NCBI GenBank assembly: GCA_973895155.1
Contig: OZ316895.1
Coordinates: 19,482,803 to 19,546,802, forward strand
Reading direction: 5' to 3'
DNA length: 64,000 bases
From: Marsupella aquatica
Lineage: Eukaryota > Plantae > Marchantiophyta
In this document: positions 14,106-25,245 of the stretch, in pieces
How the letters are laid out: each line of letters opens with the position of its first letter
How positions within the stretch are numbered: the stretch's first letter is position 1
Notes under the pieces: model-generated
Database searches by the model: none
What the model saw: the letters and a program-made list of their open reading frames with translations, nothing else
What the model was told of the DNA's origin: nothing
Program-made: the position numbers and the translations under genes

Positions 14106-14834
14106 TTAATCTGATCTCATGCCGACTATTATTTTGGAAGCATCCAAAATTGGGCGTCTGTTAAATTGCTCTACTAGATATCTATCTCCATGCCTCTGAA
14201 TCACAAGGTCTTCCCATAGAGTATGATTATAATCATAATCTCTAAAAATAGATTTAACTGACCAATCTGGATAATCTCTTCCATTGGCAATGACAAGCGG
14301 CTCACAAGAGTTTGCTAGCTTGCTAAGATACGGAATCAGCAAGTTAATCAGGAAACTGTCGTCGACCGACCCAAAATATTTGGGCGGAAATAATGATCCA
14401 ACAACAGGATCTAAACAAGCATGAAATGCATCGGATTTGATAAACATTATATTTTGCTGCAGATATGCCTTCGTATAAATTCCAACCTTCTCAAAACACT
14501 TCAAAAATATCCGCTTATTTGATGTCACCCCATCGCATAAGTAACAATGAGACTGATCCCAAATATACTTAAATGAGGCCATTTCCATCGCAGTAAAAAT
14601 AGATGCTAAAATCTGATCTAAAAGGTTCTTCCCAAGAGAGGACCAGATCCCTACATCGAAATTCTCAAAACAGAATCTCAAGAATTCGTGAAGATGAGGC
14701 CTTGGAAAAATGTATATATTCCCAATCCGAATTCCAGTTGAGACCGCCATCAGTCGGGAATGCGGTGCAGTGTAACAGAGTAGATGCTCCACGTCTAAAA
14801 CTATGAGCCCGTTTTCTCTGCTGCAATGAATCTC
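14106..14834 (-). CDS. FCP1/NIF-type HAD phosphatase-like domain, copy 3 (probable alternative terminal exon)
   Basis: LIVLDVEHLL...RPHLHEFLRFCFENFDVGIWSS...YIWDQSHC...FLK. Phase-0 acceptor tttctctacag| at 14835. The DxDxT motif is degenerate. Confidence 0.75.
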   Translation of the reverse strand, partial: EIHCSRENGLIVLDVEHLLCYTAPHSRLMAVSTGIRIGNIYIFPRPHLHEFLRFCFENFDVGIWSSLGKNLLDQILASIFTAMEMASFKYIWDQSHCYLCDGVTSNKRIFLKCFEKVGIYTKAYLQQNIMFIKSDAFHACLDPVVGSLFPPKYFGSVDDSFLINLLIPYLSKLANSCEPLVIANGRDYPDWSVKSIFRDYDYNHTLWEDLVIQRHGDRYLVEQFNRRPILDASKIIVGMRSD

Positions 14835-14920
14835 CTGTAGAGAAACACAAGAAGATGCATGAGCCCGTATGGATGTAGTCACGCGAATGGTCACGTCACA
14901 TATTACAAAGAAAACATCCT

Positions 14921-15628
14921 CTACACTCTGGCCATTGATAAGTGACGTTTGTTGAAGTGCTTGATAAGAACTTGATCCACATGTCTCTGCACGTACAGAT
15001 GCTCCCATATATCCTCGTTCAGATCCCAATCTCGATGTAGATTTCTAATCGACCAGATGGGATAATCGAACTTATTAGCGAACGCAAGACAAAGCCCTGA
15101 ATTTGATAGCTTTCGTAAATATGGAATGAGGTCATCCCTCAAAAAGACATCATCCAACGATCCTTGAAATGACTTAGCGAACAATAATCCGCATACAGCT
15201 GTCTGGCATGTATGGGAAGGACAGACATCAATCTGGATTATATTCTCTGGTCGATAATCTTGAAACATATCACGTAGTCTCTCGATAGATTTGAAGACAA
15301 CAGTCTTATAATTTTTCTTCACATAACCAAGATTCCAGCAATGATCCCGCGTGAACACATATATCAGCTGCGACAGGTCGGTGCTCGACAACACTTCTGA
15401 AAGTATCTGATAAACCAGTTTATCATCGAGAATAGACCAGACCATCACATCAAAATGATCATAACAAAATTTTATAAGATCATGAAGATGCAGCCTCAAA
15501 ACGACACATAGAGATCCGATACGAATTCCGGGTGCCGACTTGAGCTGAGGAGTATATTTTGAAACAGAGCACAGGAAGTTTTCCAGTCCTAAAACTAGAA
15601 GTTGACGCGACCTGCTTCACTTAGACAC
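14921..15628 (-). pseudogene. FCP1/NIF HAD-like domain, copy 2 (probable alternative terminal exon)
   Basis: LLVLGLENFL...RLHLHDLIKFCYDHFDVMVWS...FTRDHC...ENIIQIDV. Phase-0 acceptor catttacag| at 15629, with an in-frame TGA at codon 4. Confidence 0.7.
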
Positions 15629-15753
15629 CTGTAAATGAACAATTCGATTCTCATATTATGCAATTGCAAACAACCACGCGACCGGGCGCGTCACTCCCAA
15701 AAGTTCAATTTCAATCAATTTATAAATAATAATTGATAATAAACAATAAACAT

Positions 15754-18700
15754 TTACTTATTGGACTTATCCCGGGCTTCTATAGCACGGTCTTTTTTGG
15801 CAAATAAGTATTTCATAAATTCGTCAAACTTTTCTAAATGGTCTTTATTCCCCTGATTACGAATGATCACGTTTCTCCTCCAAAGATTCGTCTTATCAAT
15901 ATAATCTTTCTCAAGATTTCTTGAGAGAACGTTGGAATCCCATATCCACTAAGGAGCTCGCGGAATGTCAACTTGTCAATTGACATGTCGCATAGATATG
16001 GATATAGTTTCTTTCTAAAACATAGGTCATCATCGAGCCCAGAATATGCATCGGGATACAACGATGAATAGAAGTCATTAAGGCTCATCTTATATGCAGC
16101 GTCATCGATAAGAATGACATTCTCGATGTTGTAATCTTTAATATCGGCGGCAATGTCCGAGAGACATTTGACAAATAAAGGGATGTCATTATTATTCTTC
16201 CCAATAAGTCGAGTTGATTCTTGTCCCCATATAAATTTAATACGTTTCAAAACTTCGGGTCGAAGTATCAGCCTTACACAAGATAGAATATTCCGTTTGA
16301 ACATGCACGACCAGATCGCAATGTCGTATAGATCTGCCACCTTCTCAAGAAATTCCATTAAATCAGGCCTTGGATAGATAACCTTGTGCATCTGTCTCAC
16401 ACCCCTTGACCGAATGGGCATCCCAGGGCTAATCTTCTCTGACCAGATAAGTACCCGATTCAGATCAAAAATTACAAGTCTCTTCTGAACCGGTGACTTC
16501 TTTGCCGATGGATTAGGCGCCATCTGTACCTGTGATTTTTGTGCCGCAGGTTTGGTCTGTTTGTTTCCCGCCTCCGGACGATCATCAGACTTCCGGACTG
16601 GTGCCTTCGATACTCGATCAGGGAGTTTCGGGATAGGCTTCTGTAAAACATTAAGAAATGAAAATAAGTTTATAACGCGAATGGTCGTGTGACTACAAAG
16701 AGAGACACTAAAATGAAGTGTATTACCTGTACAAGACGGTCATTCAGTGCTGGAATTCCACCGGAAATGTCAATCATAGCAGCACGGATCCTGGTAACTA
16801 GGTTACTTGCGGACGTCGGCTTGCGGAAGTCCATGTCAAATAACGACAAGACTATCTCCCTACGGAATTTCTCAATTTGATCCGCGGCAAAATTAATTCC
16901 GTTTCCTTGACACAAGCACTTGGCGTATCTCAAGATAAACACACCACAACTGTGGCCGTCACTCTGGTGAGGAATATCATTCCGATATATCCGTTCCCAA
17001 CCTGAGAGATCCAAGTTGACACCAGTTCTCCAGCCAATTTCGTCGGCGTAGTACTTCCCAACAATATCTAGCACCCTAGGATTTTGACGATTATGAACTA
17101 GAGAATCTAGGTACTCCAGCCGTTTCTCCTTCGGATACAAGACTACCAATGACTAATGTTCTTTCACAGCATTGTGTACTGGAAAGACCAGTTTCTCGTA
17201 TTCACTGATTTTTAGCGGAAACTCCTTTGTCCAAGCTGCTCTCTCCTCGTCGAAAATGGTAGGATCCATGGAGAGAAGCTCAAAATGGTGTGTTTGGAAG
17301 AATTTCACAAGGTCTGACTTTCCAACTCTATCGAGAATCAGTTCGAGAAAACTCAAATAAGCGTTAATTATATCATCGGTGAGCAACTCGCGCGGTCTTA
17401 GACACATCATATGTTTCCTCTTGATCGAGTGTTGTAAGAACTTGGTCAATAGCTCTTCCATATCCTTAGAAGGATCAAGGCGTTGATCTATTCGACTAGC
17501 CAAATTTTCAAAAAACTGCAAAAAATAGAGATTTCAGAACGCCTTCAAATAACGTACTGAGGTTGTAGCCTAAGGGTTGTAGCCTCAGAAAACAGAAACA
17601 ATAATAGATCAATACTAAAATAATGACATCTATAATAGAAACTTTAAGCTTATAGCTTGCGAATGACCTTTGGATTGGGTGGATCCGGCCTTTTCGCAGC
17701 TGATCTCTTGGGTGCCTCAATCGCAACAACATCCTTCAGCCCTCCTCGAGACCGTAGTGATCGCTCCACCGGACCAGTTTGCGAAGGTTGGAGCGATGAG
17801 GCGGGAAGACCTTCAAATGGTTGTGGCATTTGATTCAAATATTCCACAATCTGGGAATCCGATTCCAAAATATCCGGTGCCACAATTTCTGCGCGAGTCA
17901 CCTCTGCAATATATCGGGGTCGAGACCACGAACCCGGTCGCGTCAAGTCAGCTATTAGTCTCTTAACGACTTGAGCCGAGTCTGGTGCCAAAAACGTTCC
18001 CAGGTCTTGCACTCGATTCTCAGAAAAGCGGACATTATTGATGATTGTCTCCATTCAGGATGCAGTGGCAGTCTTCTCCTCGGTAATCAAAAGACCCTTC
18101 CAATATTGCAAAGCAAGGACTGCCTGGACTTGGAGCTGCTCCGGTGAATATTTATTCCAATCATCCAACGACACCGTACTTAAGGGTGGATCGTTAAATT
18201 CAAACTCCGGGCGAAGAAAATAGTCTAATATTTTCTTCTTAACTGCAACTGAGGGTGAAGAAGGCTTCTTCAAATTCAGCTGTATTTTTGGTAGACGTTG
18301 TGCCTTAGGAATAAGCGAAAGATCCTTGGCCCTCTCGGCCTCCTTCCTCGCTGCCTCCAGTCTTGCGGCTTCTTCTCTCTCCAGTCTTGCGGAATCCACC
18401 TTTTCCGCCTCCAACTTCTCCGCCTCCACCCTCTCCGGTCTTGCGGTCTCGTCCGCCATCCTCTCGGCCAGAAGCCTCTCAGCCGCCTCACTCTCCGCCT
18501 TGGCCCTATTTTCCTCTGTCACTAAAAGGACTCTCGCAGCCTCCGCTTTCTCAGCTTGGGCTTTCTCAGCCTGGGCTTTCTCCGCCTGGGCTTTCTCCGC
18601 ATGGGCTTTCTCAGCCTGGGCTTTCTCGGCCTCCACTTTCTCGGCCTCCGCTTTCTGAGCCTGGGCTTTCTCGGCCTCCGCTTTCTCAGCCTGGGCTTTC

Positions 18701-21700
18701 TCGGCCTCCGCTTTCTGAGCTTGGGCTTTCTGAGCCTGGGCTTTCTCAGCCTCCGCTTTCTCAACCTGGGCTTTCTCGGCCTCCTGGGCTTTCTGAGCCT
18801 TGGCTTTCTCAGCCTTCGCTTTCTCAGCCTGGGCTTTCTCGGCCTCCGCTTTCTCAGCCTCGGCTTTCTCCTTCTTCTTCGCGGCAATTGCTTTTCTAGC
18901 TGCTGCCTTTTTCTTCTTAACCTCCTTCTTTTGAAGCTGCTCTTGTCGGGCCGCCTCTTGTCGGGCCGCCTCCTCCTGCCGGGCCGCTTCCTTCTTTTGA
19001 AGCTCCTCTTGCCGGGCCGCCTCCTGCCGGGCCTCCTCCAGCCTGGCCTCCTCCTGCCGGGCCGCCTCGTGCCGGGCCTCCTCCTGCCGGGCCGCCTCCT
19101 CTCTGGCCTCCTCCTTCCGGGCCGCCTCCTCTTGGTCCACCTCATGTTGAGGCTCCTGTGTGGCCTCTTCATCAGAGTCCTCAGCATCCTCGAAACCCTC
19201 CATCTCCTCGTCCTCTTCATCAGCGTCCTCAGCGTCCTTCATCTCCTCTCCGTCACTCTCTTCATCTCCTCTATTGTCGGAATCTCCGACGTCGTTCTGC
19301 GTATCGGTCATCCACTCTGGATCTTGGTCATTGACATCCCCATCCACGTCACCTTCCGCGTCACCTTCCCCCTCACCATCCGCATCACCATTGCTCCCTG
19401 CATCCTCAACATTGAAGCCGCAGTCGACTTGATTTGAATAAAATCAGATCATTTGATAAGAATGACTCACGCGTGAAAAGAAATGTTATGAATGTCCACG
19501 CGCATGTTCGCGTGACGCAATAAAAAGTAAGAGGTTTCAAAAGTAACTTACCTTGGATTGGCCCACTAGGGTACTCCGTTGGTCGAATGTACAATCGATC
19601 GGAATCTTTAGAGAGTGCATACTCTTGCAATAATTGATTACAAATATTATCAGGGATATGTTGTTCGTGGAGGACATCCAAAACATCAGCCCTGAGAGCA
19701 GTTACGGATGGACAGTACTTCATTAATTTATCTACACATTTTTCTATACTAGCCCGTACTGGGTCAATCAATGATAGCGTTGTATCAATTGTCGCCGTGG
19801 TGTGTTGCAAGAAACAAGACAACTCCCTATGCGTTGCCACAGGGCAGTAATATTTTACATTGGATCCAGCATCCTGTAAAAAAGCCGAAATTAGTTCACA
19901 ATATTAATTGAGAATATAATAATCTAAATAATCTTAAAATCGAAACCCCAAAATATAAATCTCAAAACTTACCATTAAGCACTGGATCAAGTTCGTTCCC
20001 TCACCGAAGCATATAGCCCATTCCCCACATTGGACGAATTGACTAACAATACTTTCAAAGAATGGAAGTATCTTTTCTGGGGAAGGTGTCGTGAACTCGT
20101 CGCTCTCTTCAAAATTGGATATTTTTTCAATCTGATATTTGGAGACCAATTGGAACTCGAGGGCTTGTGGATCGCCCATTGTGCTGAAGGCCAAGCTGTG
20201 AAAAGTGTAGGTTACAATAAGCTTCTTCTCCTTCGGCCTCTTCTGAATATAATGGCTATCGATAGCAACGTAGTGTGTGTACTTCCCTAATTCCCGTTTG
20301 ATTAAGTAAGACTCAACAGGAGAGGCTACAATAATAACCACATGGTGTGGTTTTGCCCCTATCTCGCTAGTAGCACGAAATAACCCCTCATAGAATGAGC
20401 AATTTGGCGGACGCAAATCTCCCATTGATGAGGGATCAAAATAAATCAAGCTTGCAAGGTTCTTGTCTTCACGTATGATACAGTCTACAAACCCAGCATT
20501 TTGTATATCCTGCAGGGATCGCAATTTCAGCCTCTCACCGACCGGCCGCACTAGTTGGTTTCCTTGACTATCAATTGATTTCTGTATTCCTTCTACCAAC
20601 CTATAGAATATAGGGTCGATCTCCTTCAACAAATTATCATTACTAATATTTACATTTAAGCACTTCTTCAAATAACCACTCAACGCATCTCTCAACTGCT
20701 TCAGCACCATCTTGTCAAGCTTAAAGCGATCAATCATTCCTTTGACCCGCAATTTCCACGCTGAATCTGTCAGACTTTTCAGCTCCGTCCGGGTGGATGT
20801 TTCCCCGTTGAGTTTACTCAATAATAAAATCTCAAACTCAACTTTCGTCTTCTTCTTTATACAGAATTGCTCCAAACTCATGCTGGTCGTTGACAACACT
20901 GGAGCCTCAGAGGACTTCCTCGCCTTCCCAGATTTCACTTTGATGCTTCGGTTTTTGAGTATAGACAGTCTTCCGCTCAACATATATTCCGCTGCCTTTC
21001 GAAGAACCGAGTCTGAGCACCCTTGACAAGAACGGAACGTCTTCTTCAGAAGATGATAAGCACATGGATTATCCGCAATTTTGACGGCGTCCCTCTGTAA
21101 AATTCCGTTGTAAATTACAAGCTCTCCTGTCCTTGATAGTTTGTAGACCTCCATCCACTTCTTGAATGTTTCGTCCTCCATTGTAAAGAGAAACGGAGCC
21201 AATTCTCCAAATTTCATCATTTTGTTCTTCCCCATTTGAGCCCATGGGCAGACAAAACTCGTAGCTCTCATAAATACCTGAAAAACAATGGAAACATGAC
21301 AATTCTAAGCTTGACGCGACCGTTTGCATGACAAAAGTTTATACGATAATGTGATCGAAGAGGGTTATTTATATACCTTCCAATTTGGATGACGATAATG
21401 TGATCCAGACCGCCCAAATGAGTTCCAGATATTACGACACTGTCGTACAATGGTGAGAAACTGTCCTTCTTCCATTGATGTTTGATGATAGTGGTTCAGA
21501 GCTTTCGATAATCCCATCAAATGAACATTATTGTCGTTGTTGAGCGTTGCCCAAAACATTACAGCTTCTACAGTACCGCAAGCGTCTCGTACAACTTGGC
21601 TGACTTTGTCGTCCTCTCTCAGCAATTTGTACGCCATTATTGTGTGCTGGCCTCCGAGTATCCAGAAATGACTGGTCATAATGTCCTCCTCCTTTGGCGA

Positions 21701-22615
21701 TGAATCATAGGGCGTCCCATTGTAGTCGGGATCTCTGTCGGCCTCCGACTGAACCCACTTCATAGGGACTAAAAAGTAGCATCGCTTCTTAAACTTTATA
21801 GCCGAATGAGAGAGGAGTGAATTCTTTAGCCTATCTGTGTAATCCTGATTCCACTCTCGGCACTTGATGTGGTCCGGTGCAAGATGACAACGTGATGTCT
21901 CAACAAAAAATGACTTGCTGTTAAATATATTCACAACACTATATTCTTTGAGGAAAGAATCGAACAGAGCCCCGACATTCGCTGAGGTAATTACTTTCGG
22001 AAGACTCTCCGCCGAGTATACTTCAACCTTGCTCACTGGCGGGGCCTTTCCCAAGCGAAATCCCTGGTTGAAAGGAACTCTCTGGAACTCAAGTACGTCA
22101 ATAATGTATTGACAAATCAAATCTCCCGTTGATGCCTCTGGATCGGAAGGATATCCCACACTAGTAACCTTTTCCAAGGCGTGCCTTGCACCTAGAAGAT
22201 CATCGATTCTGGGCTGATTGAAGGTTACATATTGCGTTCAATCCAAACAAATGCTTATTTTGTCTTCCTGCTGGTCGTCGCTGACTAGCAGAACCAATCT
22301 CTCTGTACACTCTTTAACTTTCATGTTCTTCTCAAAGAAACACCCAAGAATTTTTGATCTCTCCAAAACTGTAGCTTTATCATTTCTTGCCACCACAAGA
22401 CGGACAGCCCCATTGCGAACGACTATTCCAAAATCGGATATCTCAGTCGATTCAGAGAGATGGATACTCTTTGTCTCCGTTGTTCTCTCTCTGATTGACT
22501 TTCCTTGATATGCAAGTATGAATGTCTCCGCGGGAGTCATTTTTGTCTTGGCTTTCTTTCGAGAAGCAGCTTTAGACGAGTCTCTTTTCCGCTTTGAGGT
22601 TCCGGTAGGATCCAT
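15754..22615 (-). pseudogene. Spliced ~2,100-aa cargo polyprotein: ParB-like / degenerate beta-class MTase-like / acidic and coiled-coil repeats / Ulp1 (C48) protease / FCP1-HAD copy 1
   Basis: Exons 22615-21377, 21277-19973, 19873-19552, 19427-17668, 17515-16727 and 16640-15754 are all GT-AG and phase-compatible. Motifs: FWILGGQHT; ASLIYFDPSS and PEK..FFESIVSQFVQCGEWAICFGEG; DDIINAYL, PVH..EH*SLVV, YLDSL, QSDGHSCGVF; LVIFDLN, RPDLMEFL, VILIDD. Nonsense codons at 22238, 18055 and 17153, and a frameshift at ~15925. Confidence 0.75.
18536..19135 (-). repeat. Coding 15-bp tandem repeats (EKAQA/EKAEA; EEAARQ)
   Basis: Arrays such as gctttctc(a/g)gcctgg and ctcctgccgggccgc encode a charged coiled coil inside the polyprotein. 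Confidence 0.9.
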
Positions 22616-22690
22616 TCTGAAACAGACAAATATTGAAAGTTAAACGTTTATTATAAAATACTAACACGCGCATGGTCGCGTCGTGCTGAA

Positions 22691-23221
22691 TTACATTTTA
22701 GGAACATTTATCCTGACCCAATCTTCTCGCTCATCTTCATCTAACCAAAACCAAAGGTTCCTAAACGTGTCAAGTTCAGATCCTTCAAATCCACCCAGAA
22801 TGTCCAGCGGTGGGAGAGTTCTGATGGATTCTGTAAATCTTAATGCTACACTCCGTGAAGTCAAATGCCTTCGAAGCAATTCATATCCTGGTCTATCAGT
22901 GAAGTCGTAAGCTACCAAGGTGACCGTCGCCCATGTACTACTATAAGTAACTATGTGGCACCACTTCTTACTGACTATTCGAATGGCGATCAAGTCCATG
23001 ACCCGATTTTTAATCGCAGTATCCGACAGATTCCCAAGACAGTGGAAAAACTCTTTGACTAATGGCCAAATATATTTCTCGACAATATCGTCCGGAAGAC
23101 CGGGTATCAGGTCTTCAGCTTGACTCCATATCATGTTTCGGTTCATAACCTTTGCACGTGCAATGCGCTCCATCATCATTTGACGATGAGATTTTCGATT
23201 CATGTCAAAGGACTGCAGCAT
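22691..23221 (-). CDS. F-box-like protein, paralog 1
   Basis: LIPGLPDDIVEKYIWP...IRIVSKKWCHIV: an F-box N-terminal motif as in plant F-box/kelch proteins, with an insertion. Confidence 0.6.
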   Translation of the reverse strand: MLQSFDMNRKSHRQMMMERIARAKVMNRNMIWSQAEDLIPGLPDDIVEKYIWPLVKEFFHCLGNLSDTAIKNRVMDLIAIRIVSKKWCHIVTYSSTWATVTLVAYDFTDRPGYELLRRHLTSRSVALRFTESIRTLPPLDILGGFEGSELDTFRNLWFWLDEDEREDWVRINVPKM

Positions 23222-23255
23222 AATATGGAAAAGATTAAGAACAAGAACCTATCCA

Positions 23256-23822
23256 TTAAGAACTGGGACCACCGAGATTCTGAGAAAATCTACCAAACCT
23301 TTCGATTAGGACATCTCGTTCTTCCTCATCTAAATTCTTATATTTGTTCGTAAACAATGCGATTTCGTCAGAAGTAGTAGTCCCAAGAACAGATATTTCT
23401 GGAAGCATAGAAATATCCTGTCGAATAACTCGACAGACTGAGTCAAACTCCAACTCCTCAGTTTCGGGTATGTCGTAAAGAGCATCATTTGCGACATCGA
23501 CAATCCGGTTTGCTTGTTTGAGGATAGCCCATAACCTTGTATTTGTAACTAAAAAGTTCCACTTCTTGCTACAAGCTCCAAGCCGAATAAGGTCTCGGAC
23601 CCTATCGATAACCAAATCATTATCGAGGTGTCGATATCCACGCAATCTTTCAATTGAAATAAAGTGTTCATAGAGTATTGGCCAAATGTTTGAAATGACC
23701 AAAACATCTGGTATTCCTCCAATGAGACTAGAGGAGGTTTCATCCAGCGTATACCATATTGTTTTCTGTTTCTTTTCATGAGATGAAAGGAAATCTCGAG
23801 CCTCATTCAAAAGTTGGCTCAT
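23256..23822 (-). CDS. F-box-like protein, paralog 2
   Basis: LIGGIPDVLVISNIWP...LGACSKKWNFLV; shares the C-terminal LDEEERD with paralog 1 (LDEDERED). Confidence 0.6.
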   Translation of the reverse strand: MSQLLNEARDFLSSHEKKQKTIWYTLDETSSSLIGGIPDVLVISNIWPILYEHFISIERLRGYRHLDNDLVIDRVRDLIRLGACSKKWNFLVTNTRLWAILKQANRIVDVANDALYDIPETEELEFDSVCRVIRQDISMLPEISVLGTTTSDEIALFTNKYKNLDEEERDVLIERFGRFSQNLGGPSS

Positions 23823-23887
23823 CCTGCTTTTATCATATCACAAAACATTGTTAGAAGACATACGATGCGCTTCGTCACGTAAGTTAA

Positions 23888-24439
23888 CTAGAATTCCTTA
23901 AAAGCGTAGATGTCACCCTCAAGGTATCCAACTTCGTGGCATCTGACTGTAAATTTCCATTTTTCAAGAGGGTGAAGAGCATTTTAAGTCTTCGTGAAGA
24001 GTTCCCTAAGATCTCTGGACATTGACCCCATGAATTTAATTCTTGGGTATTTCTGGAAGAAACTTTGAACTGTCGATGAGAGAGACTCATTTCCGATCGG
24101 TTTAGTAGGATTTCCTGGGAAAGCCAAATCTAATAAACTCAACTTGATTACACCCAAAAGATAGGTATTCCCAACAAGGTGGCGCCATCTACGACACACC
24201 GAAGATAGTCCTACAAACTCATCCAATTCCTTTATTGAGAAATTTCCTGCATTAGCCGAGGAATTAAAAGTCTCCTGGATCCGAGGCCATATCAATTCCG
24301 CGACAATGAAATCTGGAAGTCCAGGTAGTAGTGTTTCAACAAATACAGAATATCCCGCAAGTAGACCATCTTGGCTTCTGTCCAAAACGTTAAATATTGG
24401 GCATAGATATCTGAAGCTCTCCAGACCAGGTTCGCCCAT
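23888..24439 (-). pseudogene. F-box-like protein, paralog 3 (probable premature stop at 23984)
   Basis: LLPGLPDFIVAELIWP...LSSVCRRWRHLV. The frame continues past TAA (NALHPLEKWKF...) to TAG at 23888. Confidence 0.55.
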
Positions 24440-24576
24440 GACTCTTTTCAGCCAAATGATATATCCCAGAGATTATTTTCACGCGACTGGTCGCGTCTAC
24501 AAATCAGAATGCATAAACAATTTTTTGAGAGACTGATTTTTTCGGGTCACAACGTGAAATCATAAATGTTGCTTCG

Positions 24577-25245
24577 TCCTCTAACAGAACCAGTCAATGA
24601 GAGAGCAACCTCAGACGCGATTGGTCGCGTCAACTGAACCTAAACAACTATATCCACTGAACCTTCTGTGGAGATTTGGATATGGTACGCGCTCAGTAAA
24701 TCTATCCAGTTTCCTTCTCACACGTGACTGGTCGCGTCAACTGGTCCTAAAAGGAACCTTACCTCCTCTAACAGAGCCAGTCAATGAGAGATCTACGTCA
24801 GACGCGACTAGTCACGTCAACTGGTCCTAAAAGGAACCTTACCTCCTCTAACAGAACCAGTCAATGAGAGAGCAACCTCAGACGCGACTAGTCGCGTCAA
24901 CTGAACCTTAACAACTATATCCACTGAACCTTCCTTGTGGAGATTTGGATATGGTATGCGCTCAGTAAATCTATCCAGTTTCCTTCTCACATGCGACTGG
25001 TCGCGTCAACTGGTCCTAAAAGGAACCTTACCTCCTCTAACAGAACCAGTCAATGAGAGAGCAACCTCAGACGCGACTGGTCGCGTCAACTGAACCTAAA
25101 CAACTATATCCACTGAACCTTCTGTGGAGATTTGGATATGGTACGCGCTCAGTAAATCTATCCAGTTTCCTTCTCACATGCGATTGGTCGCGTCAACTGG
25201 TCCTAAAAGGAACCTCACAGTATTTTCATGCGACTGGTTGCGTCA
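24577..25245. repeat. Compound tandem repeat (~80- and ~185-bp units) carrying the ACGCGACTGGTCGCGT palindrome
   Basis: cctctaacagaaccagtcaatgagagagcaacctcagacgcg... occurs four times; ORFs at 24597 and 25053 are near-identical. Confidence 0.9.

Noticed and set aside
18276-19437. Long alternative-frame ORFs (LGFLS repeats, Arg-rich, Pro-rich)
   Set aside because: Shadow frames of the 15-bp coding repeat in the polyprotein.
24577-25245. CRISPR-like look of palindromic repeats
   Set aside because: The spacers are themselves repeated, there are no cas genes, and the context is a eukaryotic TE.
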